64,000 bases of DNA, taken from contig JAHLVW010000045.1 in NCBI GenBank assembly GCA_019058275.1, forward strand, positions 32,001 to 96,000, in the 5' to 3' direction. Source of the DNA: Candidatus Heimdallarchaeota archaeon (GTDB taxonomy: Archaea > Asgardarchaeota > Heimdallarchaeia > JABLTI01). The notes under the pieces are model-generated. The model ran no database searches, had not been told where the DNA came from, and saw only the letters and a list, made by a program, of their open reading frames with translations. The position numbers and the translations under genes were made by a program. Below, piece by piece: positions 29,446-40,074 of this stretch (its first letter is position 1; each line of letters starts with the position of its first letter).

Positions 29446-31419
29446 CTAGATACGAATAAATTTCTCCATTTGTTTAATAGGCTTCACTTTAAGTGGGCAG
29501 GTTTGTACACAGCAACCGCAGCCTATACAAAGATCAGTGTTTATCTGCGGTTTCTCACCCTTCTTCTCAATAGCTGGGCAAGCAAAATCAGCAAGACAAT
29601 TCTGAATGTTACGGCAAATGTCATGGTCAATCTGGTATGGTTTCGCTAAAGTACCAGCTCTGAGTTCAGCTCGAGAACGCATTAAAGCACATTCTTCTTC
29701 TTGGATAACAACAGCAAATTCGTCCTGAGCAAAAGCTTCTTCCAAAGCTTCAACTAAGGCAGCTACATTATAAGCAGGTACTCTTTTAACGAATTTAACA
29801 CCCCAAGCTTTCAAAGTTTCATCAATACTAACTTGTTTTGGATCTTGATATTTTGGAGGAAATCTACCACCTTTCAGTTTTGAACTTGTATTGGGATTCG
29901 GTTGATGTCCAGTCATTGAGCTATAGCCATTATCCATCACCATAAGTACATGTTTATGTTTGTTGAATACCGCATTTACTATTCCTGGCATTGCTGCATG
30001 GAAGAATGTTGAATCTCCTACGAATGACATTATTGGTGTATCTGGTAATGCTAGCTTCATACCTGATGATGCTGGTACTCCAGAACCCATGCTGTATAGC
30101 AATGTTCCTTGATTATGTGGGTCCAAATATCCTAGTGAGTAGCATCCTATATCTGCCATTGAATGTCCTTTCAATTTATCCATAACGATTTTTGCTGCGT
30201 GAAATGCTGTTCTATGGCCACATCCTGGACAGAGGACTGGAGACCTTCTAGGAATATCTAGTTTGGATGAATTTGACTTAATTGGATTAGGAATTTTCAG
30301 TAGTTTTGAAAACATACCAACTAACCGAGCTGTATCATACTCAGAAATCATTAAATCTTCATAGTCTTCTTCTTTGCTCTTTCCGATTATTTTTGTACCA
30401 GTTATTCCTTGTTCAAATAGCTCAACTTTCACTAGTTCCTCTATGAATGGATCCAATTCCTCTAGAATCTTGACTGTTTTGTTCTTCTTTATGAATTCCA
30501 CGATTTTCTTCATTGGTAATGGATAGATTATACCAAGTTTGAGGATGTTTGCTGAAGTTTCTAGTTTTCTTAGGGCTGCTTTTGTTGCAGCATAAGCATG
30601 TCCAGCAGTAATTATACCAATTTGTGGTTCTCCATCTCCCACTTTCTCTTCCTTCAATAAAGCACCACTATTTGCTAGATCCTCCCATTTTTTCAAATTT
30701 CTAAGGGATTTTTCTTTCAGTGGTTTAAGGGTCGCTGGTAGAGGTACGTATCCTCCATCAAGCCAAGGATCATATCCACGTTCGATATTTACTTCCTTCT
30801 TTGGGCCATATTCCACAAGACCAGTTTGATGACAGATTCTTGTGGTTGATCGAATAACCACAGGCATTTTCCATTTTTGTGCTTGTTCCATAGCAAAAAC
30901 AACATAGTCTTTTGCTTCTTGTGCATTTGCTGGTTCAAGCATTGGAATGTGCCCAATTTTCGCATAATACCTATTATCCTGTTCATTTTGTGAGGAATGC
31001 GGTCCTGGATCATCACCTAAAATAACTACTAAACCACCTGGTATTGTAAACAAACTTAGTTGTACAAACGAATCAGCAGCAACGTTTAATCCAACACTTT
31101 TCATAAAGCAAACTGCTGAAGCACCACCAATTGCTGCGGATGCTGCAACTTCAGTCGCTACCTTTTCATTAGTAGAAAATTCGAAGTATATCCCACTTTT
31201 ATCAGCGATTTCAGCTAATCTCATACCAATTTCACTTGTGGGTGAACCTGGATAAGCAGCAGAGACTTTTACTCCTGCTTCAATCATTCCTCGAACAAAC
31301 GCATCGTTCCCAAGGAGAATTTCCTTGTACGGTGCATCCATTAACAGAGGATGAGTTTTAGATGCCATAACATCAATTTCCTTCTTTTCACTAAATAATA
31401 GTAATATTTCTTTAATCAA
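29446..31419 (-). CDS. iorA: Indolepyruvate:ferredoxin oxidoreductase alpha subunit (start probably at MASK)
   Basis: LLGNDA, YPGSPTSEI, NEKVA, HSSQNEQD, LCPGCGHR, GDSTFFH, C-terminal ferredoxin. Confidence 0.92.
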   Translation of the reverse strand: MIKEILLLFSEKKEIDVMASKTHPLLMDAPYKEILLGNDAFVRGMIEAGVKVSAAYPGSPTSEIGMRLAEIADKSGIYFEFSTNEKVATEVAASAAIGGASAVCFMKSVGLNVAADSFVQLSLFTIPGGLVVILGDDPGPHSSQNEQDNRYYAKIGHIPMLEPANAQEAKDYVVFAMEQAQKWKMPVVIRSTTRICHQTGLVEYGPKKEVNIERGYDPWLDGGYVPLPATLKPLKEKSLRNLKKWEDLANSGALLKEEKVGDGEPQIGIITAGHAYAATKAALRKLETSANILKLGIIYPLPMKKIVEFIKKNKTVKILEELDPFIEELVKVELFEQGITGTKIIGKSKEEDYEDLMISEYDTARLVGMFSKLLKIPNPIKSNSSKLDIPRRSPVLCPGCGHRTAFHAAKIVMDKLKGHSMADIGCYSLGYLDPHNQGTLLYSMGSGVPASSGMKLALPDTPIMSFVGDSTFFHAAMPGIVNAVFNKHKHVLMVMDNGYSSMTGHQPNPNTSSKLKGGRFPPKYQDPKQVSIDETLKAWGVKFVKRVPAYNVAALVEALEEAFAQDEFAVVIQEEECALMRSRAELRAGTLAKPYQIDHDICRNIQNCLADFACPAIEKKGEKPQINTDLCIGCGCCVQTCPLKVKPIKQMEKFIRI

Positions 31420-31487
31420 TAGAATTTAGAAGAGCTCTTAATGTTTTCCGTTTAAAAAAACAAAGCAGATTATTTTAAAGGTAATTT

Positions 31488-32588
31488 TTAGATTTCTTTA
31501 CACTCAAATAACCCATAAGGTAATTCGACCATCAAGATTTCATCTCCATCTTGATGATTTTCAAATATCATGTTAATATCAATGTCAATTGTTTCATATG
31601 AAGCTGTATTCATAATAGAAACATTTGGAGCTTGAATTGCTACTACAATGTATTTTTGGAATTGATCTTTTTTCTTGAGAACTTTAACATGATCGGGATG
31701 ACTATCTTTTATTGAAAGGGTTTTACTTTCTCTAGTTTTTAGATTTTGAATTTCCACTCTTCCTTGTTTTATACCTATGATTTGAAAAGCATTATTTAGA
31801 TAGTTCACAACATCTCCTAACTCAAAGTATGGCATTCTTATACAATAAGTGGATTGATAGATAGGTTTCCCATCTTTCATTGACTTTAATTTAGTGCTGT
31901 ATTCAATGGATGCTGCCAAATTTTCTGAGAGAAAACTAGTAATAGTTTTAGCGAATTTATCGCTACCAACGTAGAGATCAATTCCCCCTTTGGCTTGATC
32001 AACAACTTTAGCGATGTAAGCCATTCTATTCTCTCCTACCCTAGAGTCTTTCTTCTGTTGTATTAGATCTGTTATCTGAAGTTGTTCTTCTTCGTTGATA
32101 GGTCTTCTATCACTTCTTATTTGGACAATAGTCTCAAAATAGCCTCGAGTAAATTTTGCACACCTATCACAAACACCAATGTTGACCATTAAAGTCAAAT
32201 CATATTCTTGTTGATAGGGTGGTACATCATCATTAGGTGTTCCTTCAAAAATTATTTTCAGAGTTTGCTTAGATGCTAGATCACATGATGGTTCTTCAAA
32301 ATCACCTACAATAACAACTTGAGCATCTGTTTCTTTCTTTGTTTTATTAAGAAATTTATCCAAGAACTCCAGGACAATTTCCTTGGGATTATCATGAACC
32401 TCTGCCCATCTTCCATGGTACATGAAATCACCACATAATTTACAAGCTGTTAAGTTGAATTGCTTTTCATAGAATGAGCTTATGAGTGGAAATTCATCCT
32501 TGTAGCAACTAAGACAAAATCCATCTACTATTGGTTCTTCTTCTTCGCTTTTTCCACACTTACAGCAAATTTGACTCATGAGTCCCAC
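31488..32588 (-). CDS. nmd3: NMD3 family ribosome biogenesis protein
   Basis: Four CxxC pairs, CDRC...GYFETIVQIR, GGIDLYVGS; adjacent to DUF424 and aIF2beta. Confidence 0.85.
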   Translation of the reverse strand: MGLMSQICCKCGKSEEEEPIVDGFCLSCYKDEFPLISSFYEKQFNLTACKLCGDFMYHGRWAEVHDNPKEIVLEFLDKFLNKTKKETDAQVVIVGDFEEPSCDLASKQTLKIIFEGTPNDDVPPYQQEYDLTLMVNIGVCDRCAKFTRGYFETIVQIRSDRRPINEEEQLQITDLIQQKKDSRVGENRMAYIAKVVDQAKGGIDLYVGSDKFAKTITSFLSENLAASIEYSTKLKSMKDGKPIYQSTYCIRMPYFELGDVVNYLNNAFQIIGIKQGRVEIQNLKTRESKTLSIKDSHPDHVKVLKKKDQFQKYIVVAIQAPNVSIMNTASYETIDIDINMIFENHQDGDEILMVELPYGLFECKEI

Positions 32589-32639
32589 CCTAAGAAATTA
32601 TGGGGATAAGTATTGTTAGGTAATGAGAATAAAGTTATG

Positions 32640-32960
32640 TTATCGTAAAAACATTACATGCCCAACTTTACCATGATCTGGGCAATTAATCCACATGACT
32701 GCTAATTCATTAACCATTCTATTCTCTACAGCAGCATCCACTATTGTTTTACCAATGAGGTTGAAGTTAGTAGCTATCTTCATTTGCTCGAGACATTTTT
32801 CTAATGGAACAAGTTCACCTCCAAAGAAACGATCGTTGATGCAAAGCTCTAGTTCACCTTCACAGATTGTTTTTCCGAGTAAATCTTCGTCACAAACAGT
32901 GACCAAATATTCCTTCTGAGTTTGGCGCACTCGTAGGTAGAACAATTGCTTTTTCGTCAT
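32640..32960 (-). CDS. DUF424 family protein
   Basis: LVTVCDEDLLGK, FFGG, NLIG; conserved archaeal position beside aIF2beta. Confidence 0.8.
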   Translation of the reverse strand: MTKKQLFYLRVRQTQKEYLVTVCDEDLLGKTICEGELELCINDRFFGGELVPLEKCLEQMKIATNFNLIGKTIVDAAVENRMVNELAVMWINCPDHGKVGHVMFLR

Positions 32961-32996
32961 TGATATCTCTCAATCTAGTTTATACATTTAGGTATT

Positions 32997-33404
32997 TTAA
33001 ACTGGTTTAACACTGGTACGAGCACCACAAGCTTCACATACGAGGAAGTTAATTCTGTCTTCTTTTACCAGATTAGTGTCTGGTTTTTTACATTCAGGAC
33101 AGATTACGTAATCTTTCAAATAACGATTGAGTAATTCATTCATTATTCCTCGAAAATGCTTGCCTGCAAATACAGCTCTTTGCCCTTCTATATTAGCAGA
33201 TGTTGCTAACTCCTTAGTAAGGAATTTTAGAAGGTGATTTTCATCACGATTTAAGGCGCTTACAACTTGATGCCAATTCTTAAAGAAAGTACGATTTCCT
33301 TCAATTGAGATATCAGGTCTTGGTGGCTCGAAACGAGATATTTCGAATATCTTCTTAGGTAATTGTTTGCGAGCTCGCTTAAGCAAATCTTCATAGTTTG
33401 ACAT
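32997..33404 (-). CDS. eif2b: Translation initiation factor aIF-2 beta subunit
   Basis: YEDLLKRA, RFEPP, KELAT, YVICPECKKPDT...CEACGA. Confidence 0.93.
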   Translation of the reverse strand: MSNYEDLLKRARKQLPKKIFEISRFEPPRPDISIEGNRTFFKNWHQVVSALNRDENHLLKFLTKELATSANIEGQRAVFAGKHFRGIMNELLNRYLKDYVICPECKKPDTNLVKEDRINFLVCEACGARTSVKPV

Positions 33405-33452
33405 AAAGCTAAATCTTTAGGACTCTAAATTAAAATCTTTTGACTCTAATGA

Positions 33453-34301
33453 ATGATTCGCCGAAAAAACCAAAAGGAATGTTTCATCTGTCATTTTGTG
33501 GATTCCATGTTTGTAAAATTAGGTATCATTGGAGGATCTGGTTTCTATCAATCACCTGGGAAATCTGAAGAAAAAACTGTAAAAACACCTTTTGGAGAGG
33601 TTCCTGTTGTCCTATCTAAAATTAAAGGCAAAAAGGTAGCTTTTGTCGCGCGACATACAAAAAATCACAGTATACCTCCACACCTCGTAAATTACAAAGC
33701 TAACATTTATGCATTGTACACATTGGGGATTGATCGCATTATATCCACCAGCGCAGTTGGTTCTTTAGATAAGAAAATAATTCCTGGAACTTTCGTTATT
33801 CCTGATCAATTTATTGATTTTACAAAAAAAAGACCAAACACATTCTTTGATGGTATTTTTGAAGTAACTCTACACTCAGGGAAAATGAGAAGTGGTGTTA
33901 TTCATACAGATTTTTCAAATCCTTATTGCTTGAATTTGCGGAAAACGATAATAGAAGCAGCTCAAGAAATAAATCAACAAATAATTGGAAAAGGAGTATA
34001 TATTTGTACTGAAGGTCCGAGATTTGAAACTCCCGCAGAAATAAAAGCATATAAGAAGTTGGGAGGAACGATTGTGGGAATGACATCAGCAACAGAAAGC
34101 ATACTAGCTAGAGAATTAGGAATGTGTTATTCAACAATCTGTTTGGTGACAAACCTTGCAGCTGGCATGCAAGAGAAAATAACTGCTGAAGAAGTATATG
34201 AACTATTTAAATCAAAAATGGATGATTTAGTAGCTCTTATTGAGAAATCCATTGAAAATCTTACATTATCACAAGACAAATGTGATTGTAACCAAATATA
34301 G
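33453..34301 (+). CDS. mtnP: S-methyl-5'-thioadenosine/inosine phosphorylase (start likely 33507)
   Basis: IIGGSG, ARH..H.IPPH.VNYKANI, PDQFIDFT, EGPRFETPAE, VGMT, VTN. Confidence 0.88.
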   Translation: MIRRKNQKECFICHFVDSMFVKLGIIGGSGFYQSPGKSEEKTVKTPFGEVPVVLSKIKGKKVAFVARHTKNHSIPPHLVNYKANIYALYTLGIDRIISTSAVGSLDKKIIPGTFVIPDQFIDFTKKRPNTFFDGIFEVTLHSGKMRSGVIHTDFSNPYCLNLRKTIIEAAQEINQQIIGKGVYICTEGPRFETPAEIKAYKKLGGTIVGMTSATESILARELGMCYSTICLVTNLAAGMQEKITAEEVYELFKSKMDDLVALIEKSIENLTLSQDKCDCNQI

Positions 34302-34331
34302 TGATTTTTATAAAAGAAAAAAAGATGATAA

Positions 34332-34363
34332 GAAGGAAATTTCCTGAAAGGAATTTCCCCTTC
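34332..34363. terminator. Hairpin between convergent mtnP and hdrA-like genes
   Basis: GAAGGAAATTTCCT-GAA-AGGAATTTCCCCTTC imperfect inverted repeat next to A/T tracts. Confidence 0.5.
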
Positions 34364-34391
34364 AAATATTTGTTATATTTATCCTGCGAGT

Positions 34392-37300
34392 CTAAGGTGT
34401 TGGTGATGATAGGTCTTCTTCATCAAACGCTGTTTCAATCATTGACTTAATTTGATCGTCTGTGTAGTGTTTAATTGAAATTGCACATGCTGGACAAGCT
34501 ACCGCACAAGCACCGCATCCTTCACATAAAATCTCATTTAGATTCGATTTTATAGTGCCATCTTCTTTTTCAATTAAAGTATAAGCACCATAAGGACAGG
34601 TTGCGATACAAGTTCCACAGCCAACGCAGATATCTTCATCATGTTTAGCAGTGATTGATTCTTTTTCAATGATGTCACTTCGTACTAACTCTGTAGCATA
34701 GAGAGCTGCAGCAGCACCTTGAGCTACAGCATCAGTAATATCTATAGGACCTCTGCAAGCACCAGCAATAAATTTACCAGCTGAAGCAGTTTCAACAGGA
34801 GCAAGTTTAATATGTTTCTCAATGTAGAAACCTTCTGTACTGCAAGACAAACCGAATATTTCAGCAGTCTTCTTCGCATCATCTTGTGGTACCATGGCAA
34901 CTTGGAGTACTATAAGGTCTGGACAATAACGAATAGTTTTCTGTAGTTCATCATTAAAGATATCAAAATACATCTTGCCTTCAACATCTTTTCTGATATC
35001 ACTTGGCACACCTTTCATGTATTGAACTCCCATATTTCTTGTTTTGTTGTAGAGTTCTTCGTAACCTTTTCCAAAAGTCCTAATATCCTTGTAGAATAGC
35101 ATGGCATCAATATCTGATCCGTACTTATGCTTCATTAGATATGTATGTTTAACAGATGCTGTACAACAATAACGAGAGCAGTATTCATTGTAATTCTTGT
35201 CTCTGCTTCCAACACAATTAATGAATGCGATTGACTTTGGTTTTTTACCTGTTGATGGAACAACTAATTGCCCTTCTGTAGGACCTGCAGAATTTGTATA
35301 CCTTTCAAATTCAATACCTGTAATGATATCAGGATAATCAAGATTTTTGTAATGATATTCAGGGATAACACTGGGATCGAAGTTCTTAAATCCAGTAGCA
35401 AGAATAATTGCACCAACTTTTTCGGTAATGTATTGAGGTTCTTCATCATGAAGAATTGCATCAGCTTCACAGGTTCTCACGCATTCTTTGCATACACCAC
35501 AATCAGCACAGTAAATACAACGACAAGCTTCTGTAATGGCTTCTTCCTCAGTTAGGGGTTTGACTACTTCCATCTTTGGATCTTTTACTCTAACTTTTGG
35601 ATCTTCTTTCTTCAGTTTAACTCTCTTGATTTTATTAGCCCTTTCATAAGGTGGTTCTTCAATTCTTTCACCAGGTCTAATTCTTGTTTTGTAGATTTGA
35701 GATTTCTGAATTCCTAGAATCTGTCTTCTACCTGTGAGCAAATCAAGACCTCTTAGGTATCTGTGAACAGATTCACCAGCCCATTTGCCTGAAGCAATGG
35801 CTTCTATAACTGATTCAGGGAAGTAATAGAATTCACCACAAACGAAAATATGGGGATTGGTATCTGATTGTAAAGTCATTTTATTTACGATCAAATCGCC
35901 TTTTTCATTGACCATGTCATCAGGTACAATGCTTCTATCAAAGTATTGCCCAATTGCAACAACAATCAGATCAGCTTTGATTAGCTCCTCAGTACCATCT
36001 TTCAAAATTGGTGCAAAATTCCCATCTTCATCAAAAACCTGAGTACATTCTAGGGTTTCTACACCAGCTACCTTACCATTCTTGCCAACAATTCGCTTAA
36101 TTCCACAACTATTGACGATTTTAATGCCTTCCTCAATAGCTCCTTGAATTTCTTCTTTATAAGCTGGCATTTCAATGTATTGTTCTAAACTAATAACTGT
36201 AATATCGGTAGCTCCTAAACGTCGACAAGTTCGGGAAACATCAACAGCTACATTACCGCCACCAATTACTACCGTTTTAAGTCCTTTTGTAGAAGGCATC
36301 TTACCTTCATGTGCTTTCTTCAAACATTCAATACCATAGCTTATTCCTTCTAAGTCTTCACCCTCAACATTTAATTTTCGAGCACCAGAAGAACCAGTTG
36401 CTACAACTACAGCATCAAACCCTCTTTGTCGAAGTAAACCGCGTTTCTTAAGTTGATCAAAAGTGAAATCTTCATTCTTTCCTACTTTATAACCTGTTTT
36501 TAGTTCTACGCCCATATCTAGAATCATTTGAATTTCCATATCTAGAAGATTTTTGGGTAATCTATAGTCAGGAACAGCATACCGTAAAAGACCACCTGCT
36601 TTCTTGTTTTTCTCAAAAACTGTAACATGATAACCTCTTTTCACTAAGTCCCATGCTGCAGAAAGTCCAGCTGGGCCACCTCCAATAACTGCAACTTTTT
36701 CTTTGAATTTCTTTGGAATAAGTTCAATCTTTGGTGGACCTTTTAATTGCTCAAACTCATAATCGGAAACAAAACGTTTGAGCGTACGAATATTGACAGG
36801 TTCATCTACGTTACCTCGACTACATTCGGCTTCACAATGAGCAGAACAGATTCTACCACATACAGATGGGAAAGGCATTTCTTCTCTAATTAATTCTAAT
36901 GCTTCAGCATACTTTTCTTTGGAAATCAGATTTACATAACCTTGTACATGAATGTCAGCTGGACATCCATCTCTACATGGTGGTATACCTTTTTTGTCTA
37001 TAATATAACATTGAGGAACAGCTTGTGGGAATGCAATATGAATTGCTTTATGAGTACCTATGCCTTCATCAAAAATGCTGGTGACAATTGATGGACAAGT
37101 TTCAACACATTCGCCACAAGAAGTGCATTTGTCAGGATCAACATACCGTGGGTGTTTTAGTATTTCAACTTCAAAATTTCCAACATAACCCGAAGCATTA
37201 GTAACTTCTGAATTAGTCAAAACATTAACATTCGGATGATCCCAAACTTCTGCCATTTTAGGAGTTAGAATACAAGCAGAACAATCTTGTGTTGGGAATG

Positions 37301-37862
37301 TTTTGTCTATTTGAGCCATTACTCCACCAATTGTAGACTCTCTTTCAACTAAGGTTGTTTCAATGCCTACTTTACCTAAAGCTAATGATGCTGTTATACC
37401 AGCAATGCCCCCTCCAACAACGAGTGCTTTAGGAATACTTGTAACAGTATTTGGTTCTAAAGGTGTAAGTAGAGTGGCTCTTTTCACAGCCATTCTCACA
37501 AGATCTTTAGCTTTTTTGGTAGCTCTCTCGAGGTCATCAGTAACCCAACTAACTTGCTCTCTAATGTTAGCCATTTCAAACAGATATTTGTTTAATCCTG
37601 CTGCTTGTACAGTATTTCTAAAAGTTTCTTCATGCATTCTTGGACTACAAGATGCGACAATTACTCGATTCAAATTAAACTCAATAATATCTGCTTGGAT
37701 ACGCATTTGACTTGGTTTGGAACATGAGTATTTGAGATTCTCAGCATGAACAACACGAGGAAGTGTTTTTGCATATTCTGTTATTTCTGGACAATTGACA
37801 TTAGCAGCAATGTTTGATCCACAATCACAAATATAGACTCCAATTCTTTTTTCTTCACTCAT
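34392..37862 (-). CDS. hdrA: HdrA-family flavoprotein with inserted GltD/NfnB-like NAD(P)H module
   Basis: IGVYICDCG, CSPRMHE, DKTFPTQDCSACIL, CVGSRD..YCSRYCC; insert PPCRDGCP..VCGRIC..C...C, GGGPAG, GGGNVAVD; terminal ferredoxin. Confidence 0.88.
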   Translation of the reverse strand: MSEEKRIGVYICDCGSNIAANVNCPEITEYAKTLPRVVHAENLKYSCSKPSQMRIQADIIEFNLNRVIVASCSPRMHEETFRNTVQAAGLNKYLFEMANIREQVSWVTDDLERATKKAKDLVRMAVKRATLLTPLEPNTVTSIPKALVVGGGIAGITASLALGKVGIETTLVERESTIGGVMAQIDKTFPTQDCSACILTPKMAEVWDHPNVNVLTNSEVTNASGYVGNFEVEILKHPRYVDPDKCTSCGECVETCPSIVTSIFDEGIGTHKAIHIAFPQAVPQCYIIDKKGIPPCRDGCPADIHVQGYVNLISKEKYAEALELIREEMPFPSVCGRICSAHCEAECSRGNVDEPVNIRTLKRFVSDYEFEQLKGPPKIELIPKKFKEKVAVIGGGPAGLSAAWDLVKRGYHVTVFEKNKKAGGLLRYAVPDYRLPKNLLDMEIQMILDMGVELKTGYKVGKNEDFTFDQLKKRGLLRQRGFDAVVVATGSSGARKLNVEGEDLEGISYGIECLKKAHEGKMPSTKGLKTVVIGGGNVAVDVSRTCRRLGATDITVISLEQYIEMPAYKEEIQGAIEEGIKIVNSCGIKRIVGKNGKVAGVETLECTQVFDEDGNFAPILKDGTEELIKADLIVVAIGQYFDRSIVPDDMVNEKGDLIVNKMTLQSDTNPHIFVCGEFYYFPESVIEAIASGKWAGESVHRYLRGLDLLTGRRQILGIQKSQIYKTRIRPGERIEEPPYERANKIKRVKLKKEDPKVRVKDPKMEVVKPLTEEEAITEACRCIYCADCGVCKECVRTCEADAILHDEEPQYITEKVGAIILATGFKNFDPSVIPEYHYKNLDYPDIITGIEFERYTNSAGPTEGQLVVPSTGKKPKSIAFINCVGSRDKNYNEYCSRYCCTASVKHTYLMKHKYGSDIDAMLFYKDIRTFGKGYEELYNKTRNMGVQYMKGVPSDIRKDVEGKMYFDIFNDELQKTIRYCPDLIVLQVAMVPQDDAKKTAEIFGLSCSTEGFYIEKHIKLAPVETASAGKFIAGACRGPIDITDAVAQGAAAALYATELVRSDIIEKESITAKHDEDICVGCGTCIATCPYGAYTLIEKEDGTIKSNLNEILCEGCGACAVACPACAISIKHYTDDQIKSMIETAFDEEDLSSPTP

Positions 37863-38192
37863 AATATGGTGTCTCCTACCACCTAGCTTATTTACCTCGA
37901 AATTATTTTGATTTTCTTAGTTTAAATTTCTCTGTAAAGTATAGAATAAATTCATATCATCAAATGTAAAGAATTATAATATTATAAAAGATTCGTAATT
38001 ATAAATTTAGCTAACGATTTCTTTTATGAAGATTTGAATTTAAAAAAATCATTTTTAAGTGCCTACTCAAAAATAAACACTAATAAAAGGCATAAGGAAA
38101 GTTATTAAGATAAATATCCTTAATGTTCTAATCACATGCTTTAGTTAAAATGACTATGAATTTAGCAAGTAAACAATTGCAGGAGAAGAAGA

Positions 38193-39038
38193 ATGTATAG
38201 CTATATCTCATTAAAAGTCAACTGTCCTAACTGTAATAAATCTTTGTTGGACAGAAAGACACTAGTAGATGATATACCAGGCATTAAACTTAGTATTTCA
38301 GAAGATGGTACTGAAGGAATTATTCATTTAAGCTCTTTTTATGGAAGCTATAATTATGATACTGATTTAACCATTGTTCCAGAAAAAGTGTACAAATTTT
38401 CATGTCCACATTGCAATACACCATTTTTAGAAGATATGAAGTGCAATGAATGCTCTGCTGGTTTAGTCCATATGAACATTAAAGATGGAGGTGTTGTCAG
38501 ATTCTGCTCAAGAGCGGGTTGTAAGAAACGTAGTGTAGAATTTGAGGACTTATCATCTGTGCATCATTATTTCCAAGAGACTTATGAAGGGAATATAAAC
38601 CATGCAACACATACTGAAGAAGAAGCTAAAGCTCAAAAAGAAATCATTAAAAGTGGTACTTTCCTGAGAATGTATTGCAAACATTGCAAAGAAGGTTTAA
38701 TTGAGAAAGGATCAGTTATTTTCAGAATAATAAATGAGAATGATGAAACTGGTTTTCTAATGTTAAGTCCCTATCTTAATGTCTTTACTAATAAATCAAC
38801 CATTTTTATACCCGATGGAGCAGTCGTAAAAGATATTACCTGTCCTCATTGTAAAGCTACTCTAATAGATCCAGAGAAGAATTGTCAAGAATGTGGCTCA
38901 CCTGCTGTAGAAACTGATGTAGCTGCTTTACGAAAGCTCATTGAGTTTAATTTCTGTTCTAAGAAAGGTTGCCATTGGCATAGCTTGGATGAGCAAGATC
39001 TTCATTTTGTGGTATTAGAAGATAGTGAGTATTGGTAA
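38193..39038 (+). CDS. Uncharacterised protein with two copies of a Cys-rich metal-binding domain
   Basis: Each half: CxxC...LSS/LSP.Y...CPHC...CxxC...FCS..GC. Confidence 0.75.
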   Translation: MYSYISLKVNCPNCNKSLLDRKTLVDDIPGIKLSISEDGTEGIIHLSSFYGSYNYDTDLTIVPEKVYKFSCPHCNTPFLEDMKCNECSAGLVHMNIKDGGVVRFCSRAGCKKRSVEFEDLSSVHHYFQETYEGNINHATHTEEEAKAQKEIIKSGTFLRMYCKHCKEGLIEKGSVIFRIINENDETGFLMLSPYLNVFTNKSTIFIPDGAVVKDITCPHCKATLIDPEKNCQECGSPAVETDVAALRKLIEFNFCSKKGCHWHSLDEQDLHFVVLEDSEYW

Positions 39039-39285
39039 ACTATCATTACTCTTAATTTCTTTTCATTTTTTTCTTAAATATCTCTTATAAAAAACAAGCA
39101 AAAATATCAATCCTTTGACTATTTATTAAAATCTTTACTAACAAGTTTATATAATTACAAATCCAAATATAATAAAAAGAAACACAGTAAAAGTTAAGCA
39201 ATTATTAGCTATGATTTTACAAAAAAAAAAAAATAAATTTATAACAAATCACCTTATATCTTAACTTTTACTTGGGGGTCAGCTA

Positions 39286-40074
39286 ATGAGTGATCTAATA
39301 TCACTAACTGTATGGTGTCCACTTTGTAGCAAATCATTAATGGATAAAGAGAAATTGATTGATGGAAAGCCTAGTATTAAACTAGGTATTTCAGATAAAA
39401 GCAATAAGTGTAATATTTATATGAGCTCTTACTACGGAAGTTATAACTTCGATTCTGATTTTGAAACTGTCAATGAGCAAGTTTATAAAATTAGTTGTCC
39501 AAATTGCGAAAAACAAATCACATCTGACATTAAATGTGACGACTGTTCTGCTATGATGATACCTTTAAACATTGAAGGTGTTGGCATAGTAAAATTCTGT
39601 TCTAGATCTGGTTGTAAACATCACACTATAGAAGTAGAGGATTTAGAATATCTTGATTATTACAAAGTTAAAAAAGAGCTGATTGAGAACGGAACGTATC
39701 TCCGAACATTTTGTCCACATTGTAACAAAAGTAATGCTGAAGGTAATGTTGTCAGATTTCTAATAATAAACCAAAAAGGTGAAACTGGCGAATTAATGCT
39801 AAGTCCCTATTTGAATCTATTTACAAACAAGTCAACTATTGATATACTTGAGGGTGAAGTTGCTCAAGATATAAAATGCCCTAACTGTGAGAAAAGCTTG
39901 ATAGTCAAAGGAAGAAACTGCGAAGAATGTGCTTCACAAATTGTAGGTTTGAATGTTGCTGCTGTTTCAAAACTAATAGCGTTCAACTTCTGTGCAAAGA
40001 AAGGATGTCATTGGCACGGGTTAAGTAGTGATGATATGGAAAGTGTCTTGTTAGAAGACAGTGACGCATGGTAA
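39286..40074 (+). CDS. Paralog of 38193-39038; two-domain Cys-rich protein
   Basis: Same motif spacing; ends LEDSDAW versus LEDSEYW. Confidence 0.75.
   Translation: MSDLISLTVWCPLCSKSLMDKEKLIDGKPSIKLGISDKSNKCNIYMSSYYGSYNFDSDFETVNEQVYKISCPNCEKQITSDIKCDDCSAMMIPLNIEGVGIVKFCSRSGCKHHTIEVEDLEYLDYYKVKKELIENGTYLRTFCPHCNKSNAEGNVVRFLIINQKGETGELMLSPYLNLFTNKSTIDILEGEVAQDIKCPNCEKSLIVKGRNCEECASQIVGLNVAAVSKLIAFNFCAKKGCHWHGLSSDDMESVLLEDSDAW

Noticed and set aside
34332-34363. Hairpin in the hdrA 3' region as a SECIS element
   Set aside because: The hdrA frame has no in-frame TGA (Cys in DCSACIL); the hairpin is better explained as a terminator between convergent genes
37974-37987. Perfect palindrome TTATAATATTATAA in the divergent hdrA promoter region
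   Set aside because: A/T-only in a very AT-rich spacer; too little information to call an operator
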